Made by a program: the position numbers and the translations under genes. Below the pieces are notes generated by a model. The model did not search any database and was not told the origin of the DNA. It was given only the letters and a program-made list of their open reading frames with translations. Shown piece after piece: positions 35,747 to 48,467 of a stretch of 64,000 nt of DNA. The stretch is from Squalus acanthias (lineage: Eukaryota), in assembly GCA_030390025.1 (NCBI GenBank), contig CM059431.1, positions 112,842,001-112,906,000 of the forward strand. Reading direction: 5' to 3'. Numbering within the stretch: the first letter of the stretch is position 1; each line of letters opens with the position of its first letter.

Positions 35747-37808
35747 GGCCATGAAATTCGGCACCTTAGCGACGGCTGATAAGGCGGGTTTCGAAGAAAA
35801 AGTAGTAGCCGCCTTGCTTCTACCCACTTCCGGCAGCTGCCATTTTGGGCAGGTTGGCAGCACGGCCATTGCCTGCGCTCGCTGGAGAAATGGTAATGAG
35901 TCAGATTGTACACGCTGATTTGATGTACGACTTGCTATTTTGGATGTTGCCGCTCGAATGTACGTCCTCTCCAAAGCATGCACAGCTGAACGTGTGTTCA
36001 GCTGCATGACGGACCCCCCACCAGCGCTACTTAAAGGGACACACGCAACTTTCAGGTACATTTTGACTCTTGTTTTTGTGTTGGTTCCTGTACAGTTTAT
36101 TTGAGTAGTGGCTTGGTGTAAGACATTTAAAAAGTTGTTAAATTGTGCAGGGAGTGTTGCTGAATGTTTGCACGGCTTTGGCTCTTAAAGGAAGGCCTCT
36201 GAGGTCACCACTTACTTCCAGTCCTGGGGGCTCTAGTTGCAGTCGCCCTGGGGCTGCAGCATGACATGAAGATGAAGCAGAGGCTACAAAGGGAACAAGT
36301 TGCTTGCAGAGGGTAGAGCAGGAGGAAGTGGAAGTGAAATAAGCAGAAGAGGAGGAAGCAGAAGGAAGGAGGCAACCCAGACAGCCCCTTTCTGGCCTGT
36401 ATATCTGGGATGGAATCATCTGCCTGCAGTACCAGTGAACACAACCCCAACTCCCCTTTCAACATTTGTCCCACACCTTACCTTCCCTCTGTTACTGACC
36501 ATCACAGCGTCCTCTTGGCCACAATGCTGAAATAAAAGCCACCTCAAAGTAAACTTTCCAATCCAACTTTATCCAGAAATGCATCCAATATTACATCAAA
36601 AAATCAACTCAGCACCCTTGTGCACACCCTTAGTGACTATCTTGCATCTGCCTTTGCCTATCCTAGTGCTCCTACACAGTGCTACCCCAATGGCTGCAGC
36701 ACGGCTGGTGGAAGGCTGCTGACTTTCAGTGTGGGACACTGCAGAAGACCTTGGAGGACAACCTCGAGGAACTGGTGGTTGGGAGTGTGAAATCGAGTGA
36801 CGGTGTTTCTTCTTCTTCTTCTCTCTCCTCTCCCTCTTTTTGTTCAACCACTGGCTGAGCAGGCTGGATTTCTTGGGTGTCTGAAAGGCACAAGGGTAGG
36901 GTTGTGGTGAGGGGAGGGGGGAAAACAAGAGGTGCATGCTTACACCATGTGCAGCTTGTAAAGCAGAAGAGTTTGTAGGATGAAGAGAAAGTCGGATGTG
37001 AGAAGATGGATAGCGTATAAGGATACCGGCATCTTGTACTCTTTCGGCCCGCCACTGGCCTCGGGCTCAGCCATGCCCCTGCCATGAATGGTCAGCACTG
37101 TCTCCAAGGGGGTGAGGTGAAGCTAGAAATGTGAGGTGTGCCTCGTGTTTGGTAGAGATTGTTGGTAGGTGAGTGATGGAGGGGTGTGGTGCATTGAGCA
37201 GTGTGTAAGGCTAGTGGTGCAGTTGGTAGGAGGGCTTTTGAAGATGCATTCACTGACCTTGACCACTCGTCTGAGGTCATGAAACTTCTTTGAGCACTAG
37301 AGCCAGGTCCTGGAGGGCGACACTGCTGGCAGTGACCGCCTCGCCGATCTGGTCCCACATCCTTCTTTCTGTAGGGCCTCCTGGCCCCCTGTGGGTAGAG
37401 GACCTCTCTTCCAGTGTTCACCCCCTGCACAAAGGCCTCGAGTGCTGCGTCCGAGACCTTGGGTGCCATTTTCCCATGCCTGTTGAGCCATTTGGGTTAG
37501 TGCTGAAGCATGCTTAACATTTTTTGATCGCCAGAAGGCAGCTCACCTTTAAAAGGTGCCGACGGCCTTTAAGAGGTGCAGGCTAGCCTTAAGTCAAGCT
37601 AGCCTCACGTGAACATCGCGAACTTCGGCCCCCTGCTGAGCACACAGCCTGTCAGCAGCGCATTCAGTGCTGGGCTGTGCGCTCCTATCATGTAAAGTAG
37701 CAAGCAGCACGAATTTTATGTGCTGCCTGAACGCCTTTCAACAGGCGTGGGCAGATACCGCATCGCGGTGCTCGCGCCCATTTTTAAGCTTTATCCAATT
37801 TCACCCCC
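35747..37808 (-). mobile_element. Non-autonomous Harbinger element with intron-containing Myb/SANT gene remnant
   Basis: TIRs GGCCATGAAATTCGG / CCAATTTCACCCCC, GTA TSD; APKVSDAALEAFVQGV..REVLYP; homologous to 48468-50030. Confidence 0.88.
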
Positions 37809-38164
37809 GTAACGTGTCCTACAACAAACACAAGTAGTACATTTAATGGTAATACCCATTTACTTTTTACATTATATTGGCTTCACTTAATAAACAAAGT
37901 GACAGCTCATTTCACCTATCTGCCTTGCTTCATTTGCTAATGTAACCTCAGGTTACATTTTAAAAGGTAATGCATGGCTGTTGTACTGAGTATTGTTGTA
38001 CAGAATGTTAAATCAGCAGATTAAAATTCCCCGTGCTGTAGGGAACTGCCCCGCCAGGAACTCTAATTTCCCAGAGTGCAAGAAATTTGAATCTGTAAAT
38101 GTGTGTGCACTATCACTGATAGAAGTCCCATACTGCTAGTTAGTGGTAAGTGAAATCTGGTGAC

Positions 38165-39499
38165 AATCCTCCTCGGATTTGGAGGTGGTTCCAGAGGACT
38201 GGAGGATTGCAAGTGTTACAACCCTTATTAAAAACGGGAGGGGGATAAACTCAGCAACTACAGGCCAGTCAGCCTCACGTCAGTGGTGGGGAAACTTTTA
38301 GAGACAATAATCCGGGACAAAATGAATTGTCATTTGGAAATGTATGGACTAATAAATGAAAGTCAGCGTGGATTTGTTAAAGGCAAATCGTCTTTGACTA
38401 ACTTGATCGAGTTCTTTGATGAAGTAACGGAGAGGGTTGGTGAGGGTAATGCGGTTGACATTGTGTATATGCACTTTCAAAAGGCATTTGACAAAGTACC
38501 ACATAATAGACATTTTAGCAAAATTAAAGCCCATGGGATTAAAGGGATAGTGGCAGCATGGATACAAAATTGACTAAGGGACAGAAAGCAGAGAATTGTG
38601 GTGTACGGTTGTTTTTCAGACTGGAGGGAAGTGTGCAGTGGAATTCCACAGGGGTTGGTATTAGGACCACTGCTCTTTTTGATATATATTAATGACCTGG
38701 ACTTGGGTATACAGGGCATAATTTCAAAGTTTGCAGATGATACGAAACTTGGAAATGTAGTAAACAATGAAAAGGATAGTAACAGACTTTAGGAGGACAT
38801 AGACAGGCTAATAAAATGGGCAGACATGTGGCAGATGAAATTTAACGCAGAGAAGTGCGAGGTGATACATTTTGGTAGGAAAAATGAAGAGAGGTAATAT
38901 AAACTAAATAGTACAATTTTAAAGGGGTTCCAGGAACAGAGAAACCTGAGGGTGTATGCACGCAAATCTTTGAAGATGGCAGGACAAGTTGAGACGGCTG
39001 TTAATAAAGCATATGGGATCCTTGGCTTTATTAATCGAGGAATAGAGTACAAAAGCAAGAAAGTTAGCTAAACCTTTATAAAACACAGTTTAGGCCTCAG
39101 CTAGTGTATTGTGTTCAATTCTGGGCACCACACTTTAGGGAGGATGTCAAGGCCTTAAAGGGGGTGCAGAAGAGATTTACGAGAATGGTACCAGTTATGT
39201 GGAGCGACTGGAGAAGCTGGGTTGTTCTCCTTGGAGCGGGGAAGGTTAAGAGGAGATTTGATGGAGGTGTTCAAAATCATGAATGGTTTTCATAGAGTAA
39301 CTAAGGAGAAACTGTTTCCAGTGGCAGAAGGGTGGGTAACCAGAGGACACAGATTTAAGGTGATTGGCAAATGAACCAGAGGCGACATGAGGAAACAATT
39401 TTTTACACACCGGGTTGTTGTGATCTGGAATGCACTGCCTGAAAGGGTTGGGGAAGCAGATTCAATCGTAACATTCAAAAGAGAATTGGATGAATACTC
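38165..39499 (+). mobile_element. Older degenerate CR1 (RT to 3' end); its tail resumes at ~41191-41325
   Basis: RT motifs with many stops; 3' end split by the younger CR1; (GATTCTAT)n tail at ~41310-41325. Confidence 0.92.
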
Positions 39500-41190
39500 T
39501 TGAAGGAAGTGGCGGTAGGGATTGTAGATGCATTGGTAATAATTTTTCAAAACTCCCTGGATTCCGCTAAGGTCCCGGCAGACTGGAAAACTGCTAATGT
39601 AACACCCTTATTTAAAAAGGGCAGTAGACAGAAGGCTGGTAACTATAGACCGGTTAGCCTAACATCTGTGGTAGGTAAAATTTTGGAGTCCATTATTAAG
39701 GAAACAGTAACAGGACATTTGGATAATCATAATTTAATAGGACAAAGTCAGCATGGTTTTACGAAGGGGAAGTCATGTTTGACAAATTTGCTGGAGTTCT
39801 TTGAGGAAGTAACATATAGAGTGGATAAAGGGGAACCAGTGGACGTAGTGTATTTAGACTTCCAAAAGGCATTTGACAAGGTGCCACACAAAAGATTATT
39901 GCTTAAGGTAAAAAATCACGGGATTGGGGGTAATATTCTGGCATGGATAGAGGATTGGCTATCTAACAGAAAGCAAAGAGTTGGGATAAATGGTTCATTC
40001 TCAGACTGGCAATCAGTAACTAGTGGTGTTCCACAGGGGTCAGTGCTGGGTCCCCAACTCTTCACAATCTATATTAACGATTTGGAGGAAGGGACCAAGT
40101 GTAACATATCAAAATTTGCAGATGATACAAAGATGGGAGGGAAAGTAGTGAGTGAGGAGGACATAAAAAACCTGCAAGGGGACATAGACAGGCTAAGTAA
40201 GTGGGCAGAGATTTGGCAGATGGAGTACAACACTGGAAAGTGTGAGGTGATGCACTTTGGCAGGAAAAATCCTAGAGCAATTTATTATCTTAATGGCAAG
40301 AAACTGGAGAGTACTGAAGTGCAAAGGGATCTGGGGGTCCTGGTGCACGAAACTCAAAAGGTTAGTAAGCAGGTGCAGCAAGTGATTAAGAAGGCAAATG
40401 GAATGTTGGCTTTCATTGCTAGGGGGATAGAATATAAAAATAGGGAGGTATTGCTTCAGTTGTACAAGGTATTGGTGAGACCGCACCTGGAATACTGCAT
40501 ACAGTTTTGGTGTCCTTACTTAAGGAAAGACATCCTTGCTCTCGAGGCAGTGCAAAAAAGGTTCACTCGGTTAATCCCGGGGATGAGGGGGTGGTCATAT
40601 GAGGAGAGGTTGGGTAGATTGGGACTCTACTCATTGGAGTTCAGAAGAATGAGAGGCGATCTTATTGAAACATATAAGATTGTGAAGGGGTTGGATCGGG
40701 TGGATGCGGGGAGGATGTTCCCGATGACGGGTGAGACGAGAACTAGGGGACATAGTCTTAGAATAAGGGGCTGCTCTTTCAAAACTGAGATGAGGAGGAA
40801 CTACTTCACTCAGAGGGTGGTAGGTCCATGGAATATGCTGCCACAAAAAGCTGTAGAAGCTACAACATTAATTAAATTTAAAACAGAAATAGACAGTTTC
40901 CTAGAAGTAAAGGGCATTAAGGGTTACGGGGAGCGGGCAGGAATTTGGACATGAGTCTAGGTTCGGTTCGGTCATGGCCCTGTGGGTAGTGGAGCGGGCC
41001 CAGGGACTGTGTAGCCTGATTCTGCTCCTATTTCGTGTGTGCAATTCTGTTAGATGCAGGAGATGGTTCTGTGATAGATAGTAGATTGGCGGTTAGGATC
41101 AGATCAGCCATGATCTTATTGAATGGCGGAGCAGGCTCGAGGGGCCGATTGGCCTACTCCTGCTCCTATTTCTTATGTTCTTATGTTCTT
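39500..41190 (+). mobile_element. Young 5'-truncated CR1 with uninterrupted 484-codon RT frame (39500-40954)
   Basis: Open ORF with all RT motifs (NYRPVSL, QHGF, YLDFQKAFD, GVPQGSVLGP, FADD); (TTCTTATG)n tail. Confidence 0.96.
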
Positions 41191-41814
41191 AAAGGGGAAA
41201 AAAACTACAGGGCTATGGGGAAAGAGCACAGGAGTGGGATTAATTGGATAGCTCTACCAAAGAGCCGGCACAGGCACAATGGGCCAAATGGCCTCCTTCT
41301 ATGCTGTATCATTCTATGATTCTATGAAGTGAGATTTCTTTATTTGCAGACTGATGCACATGGATTGCCATTTTTGGCCAGCTGTGCACTGTGAATTGGC
41401 GGTGAATAAACTTGCTCCAGACTATTGGAATGATCAGACAGAAGAGTGAGAGTGTAATTAGGAACTCAGGTCTACCACACACTTCAGTCTTGCGCTCCCA
41501 ATGGTTTGCGCAAGTCAGTGCTTATGATTTATGGTTGACAAAAGTCTTCTCCAAGACTGCCTAGGCCTAACTACAATTTTTCTCAGATAGTTGACCTTAT
41601 GTCAGACATAGCAGCATTCAGGACACTGTGTAGTAATGGCTCCATATTGTTTAGACCCAAGGTCAGTGAGGACTCCACTTCAGCAACCTTTATTCCAGCA
41701 CACTCTGGTTGTCAGAGAGACCCATCACTGAGAAGTGGTATTAAACTCAGACATAAAGGTCCTTGAGATGAATGTCTCCATCCTGCCCAACCTCTCTGCT
41801 AGCATAATAAAAAG

Positions 41815-41935
41815 GAAAAGCTGAAAATGCCAGAAATCTGAAATAAAAACAGAAAATGGTGGAAATGCACAACTGGTCAGTAAACAGAACAGACAGGTGA
41901 TTGATATTTTGAGTTTGTAACCCTTCATCAGAATA
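41815..41935 (-). mobile_element. Degenerate Penelope-like terminus
   Basis: AAATCTGAAATAAAAACAGAAAATG..CCCTTCATCAGAA homologous to the 25770 and 52380 family. Confidence 0.6.
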
Positions 41936-44134
41936 GACCCAGAATAGTACCCATGGTGGCCAATATATTGTGCACACGGCACTGGTATTACACTAACTCA
42001 GTGTGATGGTAGGATCTCTGCATCAACCACTCCCTGTGTTTGGGTCTTGGATGAAGGGCATCTGCAAGCTCTCACTGGACTCTCTAAGCTACCTGTAGCT
42101 AGAGGAATCACTGTCAGATTCCGTCACCTGCTCCAGGCTCTCCAGGCAAAGCAAGTCCACATATCTTCTTTGGGTAGTATCAGTGCTTTGGTTGCTTCAG
42201 GCCTAATCCTTGTGTGCCAATCAAAGGCTAGTATTTGCTTATTCTCCTTCATGCCATGGAATAATATTCCATGACCTCCTACCACCTTCAACAGGTAGTG
42301 AACCTGGTGCTAATCCAGATGATGATTTCCTCCAGGGTTGGTTTTCTTGCATATGGATAGAGAATAATTTTTAGTGCTGAATATTATTATCCTTTGTCCA
42401 GTACATCTTGCACAATTAAAGTCACCACCGTTAGTATACCATAATGTTTGGATTGTTTCTTGCATTTGGCTTTAAAGTTTCTGCTAAGCATATTTGCATT
42501 GATGAAATTATTATTTTTTTAACAGGGACCAAATGCCTTAATGCTCACTTATTAAGGTTCTAAATCGTGAACATTCCTGCTCTGCTATAATTGGTTCAAA
42601 TCCATTTGCTGAACTTGATAAATACTGGGTAGTAGAGGAATGCTGTGAGGAAACTTCAGCAGTCTCACTCGATCATATATTTATCACGTCTGATGGCAAA
42701 TAAGTCAAATTTCCGACTTAGAGATTCGCCCCCACTGTGACCAGTATTAATCCAGAGGATGCTCAATTCACTTTGACCAATTATCTCCTATGTGGTGCGG
42801 TGTCAAATTTTTGTTTGATAATCATTTCTGTGAAGCGCCTTGGGATGTTTTACGACGTTAAAGGCGCTGTATAAATGCAAGTTGTTGTCGTTAAATCTAA
42901 GATGTTATTTGGTTTGCATTTTGCATTGCATTTCACAGTGCAAATGTATTTTGCTGGAACACAAAGGCGTCAATCTATTGTGCTGGGGCTGCCCTCCCCA
43001 TTCAGTGAGGCACATTTCTTTGTGGTGCAATGTGAAGAAGCAGCCAAAGCCAGTATTAATGAAATGCCCAGATGCTGCACCTGGTATGATTAATGCATAG
43101 TGGTCTGGAGAGGAGCTGCACTTACTGGCGCTGTTCGTTTTGCCATTAAATTGGATCAATTTTAAAAACAAATTGACCGCATTTTCATTGTCTGGAGGCA
43201 ATTGCCACAGTCTGAAGGTATTTCCTCTGATACTGACATGAAATTTCAGTGCGCTGACAAGAAGCTAGAACTGGATGGAAATATGCTACTGAATATTTAT
43301 TCAGTGGTGTCAAACACTGCTTTGCACTGTCCGATGAATCGTTCCTCATGTTTAAAACTGATTAAGGTTTTACTCGGTGGACTGTCTTCCCTGTGAAGTG
43401 ACAATTCACACAAATGGAAAATAAAAATCATAATCTGCATGTGTCAATTATCTTGAATGGCAGGAGATAGATCTAAAATCCAAAGAGGTGTGAGTAAAAC
43501 TTATTTTTTCCACAATCACACACATATTCTCCTCCTTTAGAAATAAGCATTAAAATTCACAATTTCTGTTTGTACCTTGCACCTGTCCATCAAACCGAAT
43601 TAGCATCTGGAATTTTTTTTACTGTCAGACTGGTGCCTCACAAATGAAATAATATCACCTGAAAAAATACTGCAGGCTATTCCCCACTCTCTCTGAGAGA
43701 CTCAGAGACACCAGCCAATCAATGTGTACCTGCACAGATGCTCGGTGTCACACTTCTCAAGCTGTTAATGAGGGCCTCAGTCACCATTACTTCTGAGCAG
43801 GGCTTAATTATAGCTATGCAGTAAAGAAATCAGATTGCACAGACAACGGTCACGTGCAACGTGCAACATCTCTAGTTTTCTGCGAAGGATCTCACCGTTA
43901 TTCTTGACAGTATGCATGTGAAACAAAGTTACCCTTTTGGGCCCAGAGGACAGCCCATGAGCCAAGCAGCCTGGACTTGGATTACAGGGCATATTAACTT
44001 TGGCTCAGAACCCAAAATACATGGAGGGATGTGTGCAAAAGTACCATGGTTTGAGGTTATTCCCCCCAAGGTAATACAGAAATAGGATCACAAATGTTGC
44101 AACGTTTCGTATACTCTGCATTTCATCCTGTATC

Positions 44135-44515
44135 TCATTCTCATGTTTAAATCCCTTCATGGCCTTGCCCTTCCCTATCTCTGTCAGCCCCTCCAGATCT
44201 ACAGTAATCCCAGGATACTCCGTTCCTCCAACACTGGTCTCCTTGTACTCAATCACCCCCTCTCTTTACCCCCACCATTGGTGACTGTGCCCACACTCTG
44301 GAATTCCCTCCCTAAACCTCTCCGTCTCTTCAACTCCCTCTCCTCCTTTAAGATGTTCCTTAAAACTCACCTCTTTGACCAAGCATTTGATCACCCCATC
44401 GAATACCTTCTTCTTCAGTTCAGCGTCCATTTTTTTTCCGATTGTGCCTCGGTGAAACCACTTTCTATGATTTTCTGTGTTAAAGGTGCCAAATAAATGC
44501 AAGCTGTTGTTGTAG
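44135..44515 (+). mobile_element. L2 LINE 3' end
   Basis: FKSLHGLALPYL..LRSSNTGLL..LWNSLP..FK..LKTHLFDQAF; tail TAAATGCAAG(TTG)n. Confidence 0.88.
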
Positions 44516-44938
44516 TATTTACAAGACAAATGTCGTTGGGGGCTGAGCTAGGGGCAGGAACTTCCTGCACCAGGGGTTCCTGCTTCCCTGGCTCAGTAGG
44601 GACTTGTTGTAGTACTGGAGCATGCTACGCCCAAGTGAATTGAAGCAAATCAGTCTCATCTTACTGGGCATAAGTAGGCAAGTGTCCTGGGCCCCCAAAG
44701 ACTACACAACCACCCCACCTCCAATAGCAGGGAGGCACCAGATTTTTTGACTGCATGGGGCAGGTGGATGCCGGAGGTATGGCCCGCAGTGCTTCTTGTG
44801 CTAATTCAAATTAGACACCCTTCAACTGATCCTACAAACTCAGGTGAAGTTAGTGCTGGAGGCTTGATCCTGGCATAACCACTGGGATTGTGTCCCGCAG
44901 ATTTTCGGGACCTCAATTTCTGGCAAATTATACATCTG

Positions 44939-45758
44939 GGGGGAAAAATTTGGTTGGTTAGTGCCTCCCGTTAGCGCCTCCGGGGGACACTAACAGGGCA
45001 CTAGAAACTTAGCGCCTGAGTGCGGTGATTTTAGCGCCACTCGCGAAATTGACCAGTCGTTTTGCAGCGGCGCTAAACACTACCGCCACGATCTCCTGCG
45101 CCCGCAGATCGTGACGTCAGTCAAGTGTGCAACGCCCAGGTAATGCCCCGGACCAGATATTGACTCGCACCCCGTCTTAGCGCCTGCCGCTAGGAATGAC
45201 AGGTAGAGGGGAACGTTTTCAAGTCGGGAAGGGGCTTGATGAGCGCTATTTAAAGGCGGGCGCTTCTTGCCTTTCCTTGTCGGCAACATTTTTGGTACAC
45301 ACAGGTTGAGAGGGAAAGAGACGTCTGGAGAGATTTAACGGCCTCAGCATCACTTTTGAGGTTCCTAAGCGCCGAGCTCTTTCCCTGGGCCTATCCATTA
45401 GTGCTTCCAACACAATTGCTTTAGAGGTCTCTCCAGGCCGAGATTCAAGGCTGCAATGAGCAGGGAGTGGCTGGCCAGCAAGATGGCCACTCCCCTTTAA
45501 GAACTGGACGGCGCCAGTCTGTCTGGCTTCCATGGTAACTGACATCGCCTGAGCTTCGGTGGCATTCTGAGGTAGCGCCTCGCTCCCCAATATTTGCGCC
45601 TTAAGAGCGGTGTGTAGCGCCTGATTTAGCGCTCAAATCACCTACAGCGGCGATAGAGGCGAATTTTGCAGTCGGAGGTGATAATTAGCGCCGGGCGCTA
45701 AACTTTGTGCCTGGCCGATATTAGCGCCCCAAAATGGGCAATACCCAATTTTTCCCCC
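44939..45758. mobile_element. Harbinger MITE (AGCGC-rich family)
   Basis: TIRs GGGGGAAAAATTTGG / CCCAATTTTTCCCCC, probable CTG TSD. Confidence 0.82.
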
Positions 45759-45949
45759 CTGATCTCGAGTAGCCTAGGACTAGGTATGCTGCCTCATGGT
45801 AGTCATATGTCTGTCCAATACCTGGTAGTCTGTCAGAGATAGATGTAGATGTTCTGATGGTGCATTGTGTTGATACATGAATATGGTCGTTGCCACCAGG
45901 CAACGTTGCTATCATTTTAATAAAGGGGTCGGTCAATCTGAATCCATTT

Positions 45950-46185
45950 CTTTTTTAAAATTCATTCACGGGATGTGGGCGTCGTTGGCAAGGCCAGCAT
46001 TTATTGCCCACCCCTAAATGCCCTTGAGAAGGTGGTGGTGAGCCGCCTTCTTGAACCGCTGCAGTCCGTGTGCTGAAGGTACTCCCACAGTGCTGTTAGG
46101 GAGGGAGTTCCAGGATTTTGACCCAGCGACGATGAAGGAATGGCGATATATTTCCAAGTCAGGATGGTGTGTGAGTTGGAGGGGA
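45950..46185 (-). mobile_element. 3' fragment of the tRNA-headed LINE family
   Basis: Collinear with 32435-32660. Confidence 0.9.
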
Positions 46186-46420
46186 TCCAAATTGATCTTT
46201 GGCTGAATATCCAAATTTTGTGTCCAATTAATAGCTTTGAAGCAGTGCACAGCATTGCAGAATTTCACAGCAAGCTTTTTCCCCCGTCATTGTGTTCTTT
46301 GATTTCTAAGTGCTGCTCTCAGCTAAGGCACCATATGAGAACGTGGCCCGTCTGTGAAATGCTGGATAATTTCCCTACTCCGCACAGTAAACATAATCTC
46401 TCCGGTGTGACAGTTTAAAA

Positions 46421-47114
46421 GGGCTAGAAATTCGGTGCATTTGCACCTCTCGTTAGCGCAAACGACTTTTCACCCGAGCGCGGCATCGCTAACAATTCCC
46501 GTTAATTTCAGGAGGAGTTTAGCGGCGGCGGTAACCAGTAGTGCCGTGCGCAGTGCCCCGTTTTCGCCCCGCCTGCAAAATTGGCCCACGCACCCTGAAT
46601 CAGTGCCAGGCGATGACAGCGACCGATTCAGGGGGCGGGAACGGAACGGCAGGAGGCTCACAGGGCGATAAGTAAAGGGGAGGAGGCGGGCGGGGGGGAA
46701 AAAATCGTCCGACTTACGTGTGGTGGCCCGTTGCCTCTTTGAATGCGGGTTCCGTGCCGCGATCTGCCAGCCCGGCACTCCTCTTGAGTGCCGGGCTGCT
46801 GCCACGGCACCCCAGTCCCCAGTGGTCCAGGTAGGGCCCAGCAGAGTTGTGGGCTTGGGCCCTCCCCTTTAATGAGGGGAAGATCCCCTTTAATGAGGGG
46901 AAGAGCCCTTCCATGCGGCAGCACTACGTGGCCTAGTGCGTAGCGCTGCAGAACGCACCGCCCCGATATTCGGGGTTAGTGCTCTAAGAAGGAAGTGGAA
47001 CGTAGCACTCCACCTCCCTCTTGAGGCGCTAAAACTGAAGTTACTGATTAAGCTAAATTAAGTGCCCAGGCGATGTTAGCGACCCAAAATGGCCGCTAAC
47101 AAATTTTTTCCCCC
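46421..47114. mobile_element. Harbinger MITE (AGCGC-rich family)
   Basis: TIRs GGGCTAGAAATT / AATTTTTTCCCCC; homologous to 31355-32111. Confidence 0.8.
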
Positions 47115-47494
47115 TAAAGCTGTTCTTCTTTGGGTTATAGTTGGGTGTTAGCACCGCTGGCTCACAAAGAGCAGGTCTCATAGAACGGGCAGCAACTCTG
47201 GAGTAACCTTGCTGGATTTGATAAGGCCAGGCACCGGGCACACCCAGTAAATCCCAGGGAGACTAATACCCCATTAAAATCAATATAAAAGCAGCTTACG
47301 TTCCAGTTATTCTTCTGATTTGTCTGAAAGGTTGCCTTAATTCACTCATGCCAGCAGTGCTCTTGTGTTACAGCTCAACTCAATGTCAATGGCAACATAC
47401 CCTTCATGCATTGTTACATCAATAAATGTATTTAAGGTCAGTTAAATCCTCTATTAAAATAGCAAACAGCGGAATCCGATATGAATATGTTTTC

Positions 47495-47606
47495 TAATGT
47501 GGAGTAGAGTTGAGGTCGAAGATCAGCCATGATCTTATTGAATGGAGGAGCAGGCTCGAGGGACCGTATGGCCTACTCCTGCTTCTAGTTCTTATTTTCT
47601 TATGTT
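47495..47606 (+). mobile_element. CR1 3' tail
   Basis: GATCAGCCATGATCTTATTGAATGG..GGCCTACTCCTGCT..TTCTTATG. Confidence 0.85.
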
Positions 47607-48467
47607 GCACAATGTAATTTTTAGGCTAATTTATTTTAATTAGGGCTTTTCAAAAAAAAAATGAGGCGGATGGTCTAAAGTGGGACAATGTTTCTTTAAA
47701 AATCCTTTTGGTTGCAATTTTTCTCCCTTTCCCTAAAGGCATTGACAGCTTTCTGGTTTTTGGTTCCATGGGCACTGGTCACCCTTCAGCATTTCCCCCA
47801 GGTGACCATTATTCAAGTTTGAGCCTTTAGAGTTAATGCCAGCAAGTTATTCAACTGTAGGGAGAGAGCAGAGACACCTAACCCTGTCCTCAACTGACAT
47901 CCACACACCTGCACTTCCAGCACAAGTGATTGGGAGTGGAAACCCTAATCAAATTTCACGGCCTAGAAATTGGTCCATGCAGCGCCCATTTTTCGGGCAC
48001 TGCTGGGACTACTAAGGCCCCAATATAGCAGGCAAAAAATATGAGCACATTTTAGCCGGAAGTGCGTCACCCACCATATTGGGTAAGGACAAACAAGAGG
48101 GGTCCATTACCTACACCAAAAGCAGGTAGTCAACTCTTTGCATATGCAAATAAGGGGCGTAACACCTTTTTGAGGCCCCATTCTGTAAGAATGGCTTGCT
48201 CTGAGCCTCGGGCTTCACCATTCCGAGGCGGGGGGACCGAATTAGGCCTGCCCCCGCATGCTCAAAAATTGTCGCGGCCCAATATCTTGTACCTCATTCC
48301 TAACCCAGGGACAATGAACCCAATTGTAGCTTCCTGAGTGACTCAGCACAGATTAGGGTTGCCAATCCTCCAGGATTGTCCTGGAGTCTCCAGGAACAGA
48401 AGATTAATCTCCAGGACACTGCTGCGAGCAACCCTGGAGAAAGGTCATAGGAGCATAAAAAAAATTG

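Noticed and set aside
47700..47960. Old repeat apparently related to ~53360-53560 and ~25560-25720 (possible SINE)
   Set aside because: Too degenerate to define boundaries or family by eye
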